Assembly (NCBI RefSeq): GCF_006345805.1
Contig: NC_043001.1
Location: 99,324,001 to 99,388,000, forward strand
Direction of reading: 5' to 3'
Source of the DNA: Octopus sinensis
Taxonomy: Eukaryota
DNA: 64,000 nucleotides
This document shows positions 52,001 through 61,000 of this stretch, one piece after another (the stretch's first letter is position 1; every line of letters starts with the position of its first letter). The position numbers and the translations under genes are program-made. The notes under the pieces were generated by a model that did not search any database, had not been told where the DNA came from, and saw only the letters and a program-made list of their open reading frames with translations.

Positions 52001-55000
52001 TATATAGTGAAATCTGATGATGATTACTTTGGGACAGTGTCTTAGATAACATTAAGCAGAATACATAGCAATATCCTAAGTAGGATACTAATTCTGATGA
52101 TAATTGATTATTGTAAGTAGTTTCCATAAGTGTGTACATGTATGTATACACATGCATGCTTGCATGCACACAAACTCTTTACTTTCAAGTTCGTTAAACA
52201 TTCTGTTACTTATGCAGTTTTTCAATTGAAAAATTAATCATATGTTTAAGTCATGTAAACTTTGATACATACACTGAGTACCTTTTTCTCTTGTTTGTAT
52301 ATTTCAATGCGCATATATAAACTGGTACATTTTAATGTTTATATGAAATAAAGCTTGTTAGCTACAAAGTAAAAGTAAAGAAGGGAAAGTCTTCTAACAG
52401 CAACAGTACAATTATTCTGGATTAACAATATTTACATACTATCAGAAATAAGCTTGCTTGATGTATTTTTTAGCAAGTACACTCAAAATAATGAGATAGT
52501 TTGTTAGGACATTAGTATTTTTCTTTGATGGCATGAAAAGATGGGATCTGTTGATATTGAGCAATCAACAAAACTGCTTAAAAATTATCATAATCATTTT
52601 ATATTGGCGTTACCATGATGGCATGGGTTGGAGAGATCTACTGTTTTATGGCTGGATGCTTTTATAATCTCTTATAACATGCAGAGGCACAATCCTCCTA
52701 TTCTGAAAACCAGGATACACAGGATGTTCTCGAGTACAAGAAGTGTCAGAAAAAAAAAATGCTTTTCTACTATCAATATTATCCTAATTGTATAACGTTT
52801 AATTAAACTTACACCAATAGACTCTATGGTTAATAAGACTCTCATTCATAACAGTACTGACATGTGCTAGTGGTTATGGTCTTAATCATAAGATTATGGG
52901 TTCAATTCTGGGTCTGGGTGACACATTGTATCCCTTAGCAAAGCACTTCATTTCATGTTACTCAAGTCTATTCAGTTGTAACAAGTACGAGCAGGTTACT
53001 AGTGCAACAAACACTCTCACTCTCTTATATCCTGAATATTCTACTGGATCAAGGATGAGGGGACCCAGAGTTTGTGTGTCTGCTTGTGACTATATATGCA
53101 CCCAAAACAATTAGCAAAAGCATGAGATACTACACTGTGCTGTGCTAAGTAGATCTATCTCCGTACAAATATAGACCCTCTCTTATAAAATAGCAATTTG
53201 TTAACATTTGGCTGCTTCTCTGACGTATTTTATTCAAATGGTGTTGGTTTTATTTGTTATTCAGAGACTTTCCGTACTGGACTATTTGATAGTGATCTTG
53301 ACATCACAAATCAAAGTCCGCAACAAGAGCAATGGAGAAAAGATGAACAGTGGAATCAAGAACTGGAAGACCGGCGGAGACTTGAAGAGCAGCGAAGACT
53401 TGAAGAGCAACGGAGATTTGAAGAGCAGCGGAAACTTGAAGAGCAGCGGAGACTTGAAGAGCAGCGGAGAATTGAAGAGCAGCAGAAACAAGATGAAGAA
53501 TTACGGAAAAGTTACTTATTTAATATGGAATCATTAAGCAAAGAATCTCCAATGAAATCTCACAATAACACCAAAACTATTTTGACAGTGAAAAACACTG
53601 TTACAGAGATATATGATGATGAATCTGATAAATATACAGAAAAGGGAATTCAAGAAGCAAATCTGAGTAAAGGTTCTCAGAGAGAAGAAGCAACATATGC
53701 ATCAGGTGACTTTGTGAAAGAGAGCCGTACTAAACAAGTGACAACCAATATGTATGACTATGTCGATTCTGAGGATTTTTCAATTGGCAGTAGGAGTAGT
53801 GGTTACTTGAGTGATAAAAACAAAGATTCCAGTACCCTGACTAAAACAAGCTACTACAGTGAGATGCATGCTAACTCTTCTGACAGGCCCCAGAACCATT
53901 ACAGTCTCTGGAATATGGTGACTTCTTCATCTAACTATTTAACTACAAAATGCTCAGCTGCTGCAGCAGCAGTTGCAGGTGGAATGAGCAAAATTGGAGG
54001 AATCTTTAGAAAGGAAGAGACAACAAATGTCAGGCATATGTATGGTGAGTAAATAGACTTATTGTTTAACTTTTATAATTCTTCAACAGCTGAATTAATA
54101 ATTAGTCACAAACTGCATGCTTATTTTCTGGGCAGTGTCCGGTATCCTAATAATATGAACTATAATGCACAAAGAAACTTTTTTTGGGGGAAAAAAGATG
54201 CATCTTAGCACTCATTATAGTTGTGTGCTTAGGTGTTTTAAAAAGAAATGTGTGAGTAGAAGATGAGACCTGTGATGTGATTTAATATATTTGTTAGAAG
54301 AGGTAAGATTTGACTGGTTTGAATGGTAAAGGGCAAAATATATAAGATCATTTTGAAGGCTTTTTACAAAGTGAATTACAAAGATTGGCTTTCATTTTGA
54401 AGAATTTTTTATAGTTAGCTTTAAAATAGCAAGTTTTTATAGAACAGAAGCAAGCTTCTTGCAAAAGAAGTTCATGGTTTAGTTTTCATTCTCACTTAGT
54501 CATTTCAATTCATTTACATTTCTAATGTCTTTGAATTAAAAAAGTCATGAATATCAGAAAATTTTGTCTAGTTTCCTGTAAGAATATAAGAAATGGATAA
54601 TTGAGTGTGCTTAGGCACAGGCATGATTGTGTGGTTAAGAAGCTCACTTTGCAATCATGTGGTTTTGAGTTCAGTTCCATTGTGCAACACTTGACCAAGT
54701 GTCTTTTATTATACTTTCAGGCTGACCAATGCCTTATGAGTGAAATTGTTAGGTGGAAACTGTGGAAGCCCATTGTGTGTGTGTGTCTTTATGTTTGTCA
54801 TCTCTCCATTGCTTGACAACCAGTGTCAGTTTGTCTTCATAACGGCAGTTTAGCAAAAGAGATTGATTAGAATAAGTATCAGACTTTTAAGAGTACTGTA
54901 GTCAATCTGTTCGCTTAAACAAAAACCTGGTCAACCTTTTTCAAGAAGCAGGCTGACTGAGACATGGCTCATCATCTAGTAGGTCCAGCTGCTAAAAAAT

Positions 55001-58000
55001 TTTAAGATAGGTTTTTGTTTAGGTCAGTCATAGGCCACGGGTTGCCCATGACTGACCTAAACCCTTCAAGGCAGTGCCCTAGCATAGTCACAGTCTTGTG
55101 ACTGCAACAGATAAAAGCACTTGATATCATTAGGATGGTATTTGTTATATTTGAATGAATAGTCATGTAAAAGTTTGTCAATATGTATAAAAACTGATTC
55201 TTAGTTTAGTGGATTTTAACTCTTACTAATACTCTTAATCTATCAAATTTTAACATAAATTTTTTCTTCTCTCTCTCTTTAGGTCTTGATTCAGATTCTG
55301 AGCTAGGTACTGTATTTATTTTCATTCTACATTTTTTTTGTTTTTCTATTTGAAAAAAAAAATGTATACTCCTCATATTTTTAATGGTCTTGTGCCTTTT
55401 ATCATGGGAAGCAGTGGTGAGAAAGAATTTGCAGCTGCTGGACCTCACTGAGATGACAAGGGACCAGGACTGGTGATTTGCTGTACTTGAGAAGACACAT
55501 CAAGCCATGTAAAATCCATAAATACAGGCATGTCTTTCATAACCATGTCCTCAGTCCCTCTCTCAGCTGAGAGGTCTTTGTCTTGCAAAGTGCCAGTACC
55601 GCATAAAATGCACTCGTACTGGTGCTACATAAACATACCCTGCACACTGTAAAGTGGTTGGCATTATGAAGGGCATCCAGCCATAGAAACTATGCCAAAG
55701 CAATTGGGGCCTGGACAGTTCCTGTGAAATCATCATGAAAACTGACATGCTAGCATGAAAAATGGATGTTAAATGATGATGCTGATGTATTTCAACCATA
55801 ACATTTGGCTTAAAATCTGAGGATGGAGGTTAGTTGATTACATCAACTTCAGTACTGATTGGTACTATATTCTATCAACTTCAAAAGGATTCTGAAAAGC
55901 AAAGTTGACCATAGTGGAATTTGAACCTAAAATGTAAAACTGGAAAAAAAAAATATTGCAAAGTATTTTTTCCAGCATGCTAATGATTCTGTCTGCTCAC
56001 TGCCTTTACTATTTTTATAAATTAATTTAACTTCTAAATAATTGTAATTTAAATATTAAAAACAAAAGGAAACAATGGAAAAAGAGAAAAACACATTGTG
56101 TTGTTTGCTTAATGAGGCATGTACAAGTGACCCAAATATGCAACATGGTTTCAGTTCTCAGTTTTAGGTATATCTTTAATTTTTTTTTTTAATGACATGA
56201 ACATTATGTATTTTCATTTCTTTTTACCTATTGATTGAAGGCATTGAGCTTGTATAAAGAAATCCACTGTTTTCAATTGAGGCATGTGTTAGCATGAAGA
56301 TTTACTAATTTAAATGAATTCAGGGATGTTTCTCTCTGCATCATCCTTGCATATATTCAGCCCACTGCTAGACAAATGCCTCAGTATGTTCTCTCCACCA
56401 ACCGCAGTCTGATGTTTTCCTCATCCATGTCCTGTCTGGGTGCTGAAGAATTTAACAATGTCCCCATTCCAACACCTGCATGGTCTTCCCTTCTGTTTTT
56501 CTGGACCTGTTGTCCACTCTTTCAATTTGATATTCCATCTTTTGTCCTTTCTTCTAAACATATCACAAAGACCATTTTGGAGATTAATTTTCCAGATAAT
56601 ATAGATTAAATCTGTTGCCATTCTTATCTTGTTGTTTCACCACTTATCCATTTTGTTAATCTTCAGCTTTCTCTTTTCCATGGCCCTTTGTGTTGCTCTT
56701 AATTTCTTTCCAATGCTCTTGTTAGTAGTCCATGTTTCTGATGCATACATAATGGTTAGCAGCACACACTGGTTGAAGACCTTTCTTTTTAGACATTTGG
56801 GCAAATTACTGCTCATGATGCGATTCAATTTACCAGAGGCTATTGTATTTGTCATTCAATTTTCTTTGGTCTAATTTTATATCCCTTAATGTCTCCGAAT
56901 TGTTGATATTTTTTATTGGGATAGCCAATTCCTTTTAGCTTTTTGGACTATTTCATTGCAATTATTGCTTTTTTGATTCTTCTGTTCTGTCATTTGATTT
57001 TCATATCTTTTCTTCCAGATTATAACAATGACACTGACAGATACATTGAAAAATCCCATGATTTCCATTACACGAGACCTAAGAACAGGAGAAGATATCA
57101 GGACACTGCGCTTATCAAGGATAATCAAAAGAGTGAGGGAGATTTTTTTTACTATTGTTATATTTTATTAGTTTTTTTACCTTGTCATCTTCTTTGATAA
57201 TGGCTTGGATTGGTTCTTTGTCTTGTGTTAATCCTAATTGAATAGATCTATAATCAAGTGCATTCCAACCAGGACCATCCTGTCAATTTGTATGTATTTA
57301 TGACTATATTATTGTTGTAATACCTTTTTTTAAGAAAAGGTATGATTTGAGGGAAATTTTAGCTGCTGTTTTTAGCATGTAGAGGCTTCCTTGTAGGATG
57401 GATCGTTGTATTCTTGGAAGCAGTGATCTGGTGATAGTCCTAAGATTATCATGTATGTAATTCAGTACATAAAGCAGGAAAAAATAATACAACTGGTGAA
57501 TATGGGCCATCTTTTCCCATTCAGACTGCTCTAGCCTTTAGAATGTCATCTTTACTGTATGTGGCCGAGCATTATCCTGATGGAAGAACACCTTTCGTCT
57601 TGAAACCAAAGTCAGTCATTTTTCTTCTAGCACTGACTTAAGCTACTTGCAGCAGATCTCCTTTGTTATAATTTGGTTTGGGTTTAAAAGTTCAAAGTGG
57701 ACTAAACCTTTCATATCCCACAAAACAGATGACACCTTACGTGGGTGAAAACCTTCTTTAACCTGGGGTGCCAGTGTTTCTCCTTTCCCTACTCCCTGTC
57801 TTCAGTGCTTGACATTTTTATAGGGAACCCATTTCTCATTACCAGTCACTATTCAGTCCAAAAAAGGTTCATTCGTGAAATGGGACAGCAAAGAAGAGCA
57901 CATATCCACTTTCTTGCACCGAGTAGACTTGGAAAGTTTGTGAGGAACCTATTGACCCAATTTACTGACTTTTCCAATGGCACTCAGGTGTCAATGAATG

Positions 58001-61000
58001 GTTGAATGACCAAATCCAAGCTTCTCTACTAGTTCCTCAACAGTTATAATGGGATGTCGTCATCAAGCTCTATAGATCTTCCAGGATGAGGCTCATCTTC
58101 TAGGCTGTAGTTTCCAGCTCGGAATTTCTGGAACCACCGTTGACACTGGCTTATGCCTATTGTCCAATCCTCATATACTGCAGTAATATTCCTTGCACTT
58201 ACTGTTGTGTTGTTGCCTTCTTTGAATTAAAAAAGCAAAATATGCTGAATATGCTCCTTTGTCATTTCCATTATAGCTTTGAAAATATAACTGTTAAAAT
58301 TGAACTGCACTCTTCAAAACTTGCACTAAGAATTAGGTCAAGTTAAAGTTACTACCAGCTTTTATAGCAAGTTGATGCAGGTAGTTTATCCTATCCTCCT
58401 CAAACTTTTAGTTCATGCAGTTGAAAAAAACTGCATTATTTATGGGATGATCCAATAGATATTTTCCAGATGATGATGATGTATATTAATTAATCCTTTT
58501 GTTACTGTATTTATTTTGAGATACTCTGTGTTTCTTTCAATTACATTAAATGTAACAAAGAATTAAGTAAAATAACTTAGTTATCATTCAGCTAGTGTTA
58601 GGAACATAAATTGTGACTAAGGTTTGGTGGAAGATTTTAATTCAAAACTCATGAAAACTCAAAGCCAGAGCTGGGTTAGTAATGAAAGAATTAAATAGGT
58701 AAATGCAAGAAATTTTTGGAACATTGATCTTATGATTAAAGAAATCTAAACTTTCACTATTACCTTCTCACCATTTTTTTATAACATTATCTAAAATTAC
58801 GTCTTTTCTCATGCAGTTTTAATTTCCAATTCTTTTAAATAATTTTATTCTCAGGTAATCAAAGTTTTGTCACTAAATGTGTTACATCAGTTGTAGAATG
58901 GTTTGTTCCTTATGAAACATCTGCAGAATCACAAAGGTAAACAAATTTGTATATTTTCCCGTTTATTTAAATGTGTGTGTGTGTGTGTGTGTGTGTAATC
59001 CTTGCATGTTACCTGGCTTGTAAAAATGTTACATTGGTATATATGTTTAGAAACTGACAAAATAAATGTCAGTCTATTATAAAATCTTTTGTGGGAAATT
59101 CAACAATTCCAAAAATGTGCATAAAATATGTAATCATTTTTGCATATGTTTCTCATGCTGGCATGCATTGAGCTGGTCTTTGCAATTTGAGTCAGTTTTT
59201 ATTTAGAGCTACTTCATTCATTGTGTTTGTATGTCTCATTTTTGCTTGGTTTCTACAGTGGGTGGTTTTCCTATCACCAGCCACTTTACAGTGTGTGCTG
59301 GGTGCATAAAATCATAGCATGAGCATTTGAGAAGTTGTCAAATTCTCTGGTAAGATAGAACCAAAGGCATCTGTTGACTCTATATTTTCTTTACACAGAT
59401 CTCAGGTGAGACAGAACTAAAAGAATCCCTCAACCTTAAGTTATATCTCCAGTTGCTTACCAATCACTTTAAGGGTGCACCAGGTGCATTTCATTGTGGC
59501 ACCAACCCAGAAGAGTTTGCTTTGTACACATTAAATATAAAGCATATTCGCTAAATGTAGAAAATAGAGAGATAATATATACATGTATGTTTCTGTGTGT
59601 ATCAACATATGTATTTATTCACTCATGTATGTATATATGTGTGTGTACATGTACAAATGAATAAATACATATGTTGACACACACACATATTTTCCATGCT
59701 GGTATTATGCAAGAAAACACCCAGTACATTCTGTAAAGTGGTTGACGTTTGGAAGGACATCGAACTGTAGAAACCATACCAAAACAGATAACTGGAGCCT
59801 GGTGCTGTTCTCTAGCTTGCCATCATGCTAAAAGGACATTAAATGATGATGAATTTATACACACACACACACAGATAGATATATAACATCAATATCAGTA
59901 TCTATTTTAACCACTTGTTTTTTTACTTTCAGCAGAAGTCGGCGTTGGCTTTGTTGCTGCTGTCTACCACTGTTGTTGCTGTTCCTTTTACCTCTTCTCC
60001 TGGCAGCATTGTGGCCAGTTGGTTAGTATACGTTACGTTTTAGAATAAGTTTAATTCCATATTAATATTTTCTGTTGACATTAATGTTGACTACATGCTG
60101 ATACAGTCGTCCTACAAAATAAATTATACAATTAAAGACCTTAAATCTAGTGACACCTATGCCTTGAAATGCATAATCAGACTACTCATGTAATTCCTAT
60201 CCTTGAGTGTAGGTATATATATTCTAATGACAATGATAATACTCTGTTTATCTGTTAATTTCCTCTAGCTTACTTTTTACACCTGTATTTCTAAGAATAG
60301 ACACTCCTTTATGTTTCACTTAATTTTTAAAATAATCAAGAACGTTGGTGGGATTCATTAAAATAACTTCCTTTAAATCTGAATGGTGTTTAGCAAAAAT
60401 GGTTCATACATAAAATTATAATCAAGGGCTTAAATTAATATCCAAACCTTTCAAAATAAAGGGTTTTTTTGTGTTAGGATGACGGTGGTCTCAAGCAGAT
60501 TGGTATCAAAAGAGTTAATAGTGGAAATCATATTCTGATCTAGCCTCATCTAGTATTTTCTGTGGATCACAGATGATACTAAACTTCAGGTTGTTTCTTG
60601 ACTTGTGTTTTATTGATACAACATCACAGTATTTGCATCAAATTCATGTTTCTTTCTAAGGCTACATATATACATGCTGTGTCATTCATTTATGCTACAT
60701 GGGACTAATTTAAGTTACTGTAAATCCTCCTGACAAAACAAAGGAAATCATTATTTACTGCTAACTTGTTGTTGTAATTGTCTGTCAAGCAGATTAACAT
60801 TAAGAATATTAGTTTTAAGTAATAGACTTAGGGAATTATGTAATACTAAACTACATTCACTACATGTAGGTTTGCCCCACAGATAGAATTCTATCAGCAT
60901 CGACTTCATCTTTCACTCCTTGAGAATTAATAAAGTAAATACTAGTTAATAAACTGGAGTAAAATCCTATTGACTACATATTTCTTCACATCCAAGAAAT

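Noticed and set aside
53198-53537. N-terminal 22 aa of ORF 53198-54052 and overlapping ORFs 53208-53537 (+) and 53282-53491 (-)
   Set aside because: The first part is intron/polypyrimidine tract, and the other two are alternative-frame shadows of the 18-bp coding repeat.
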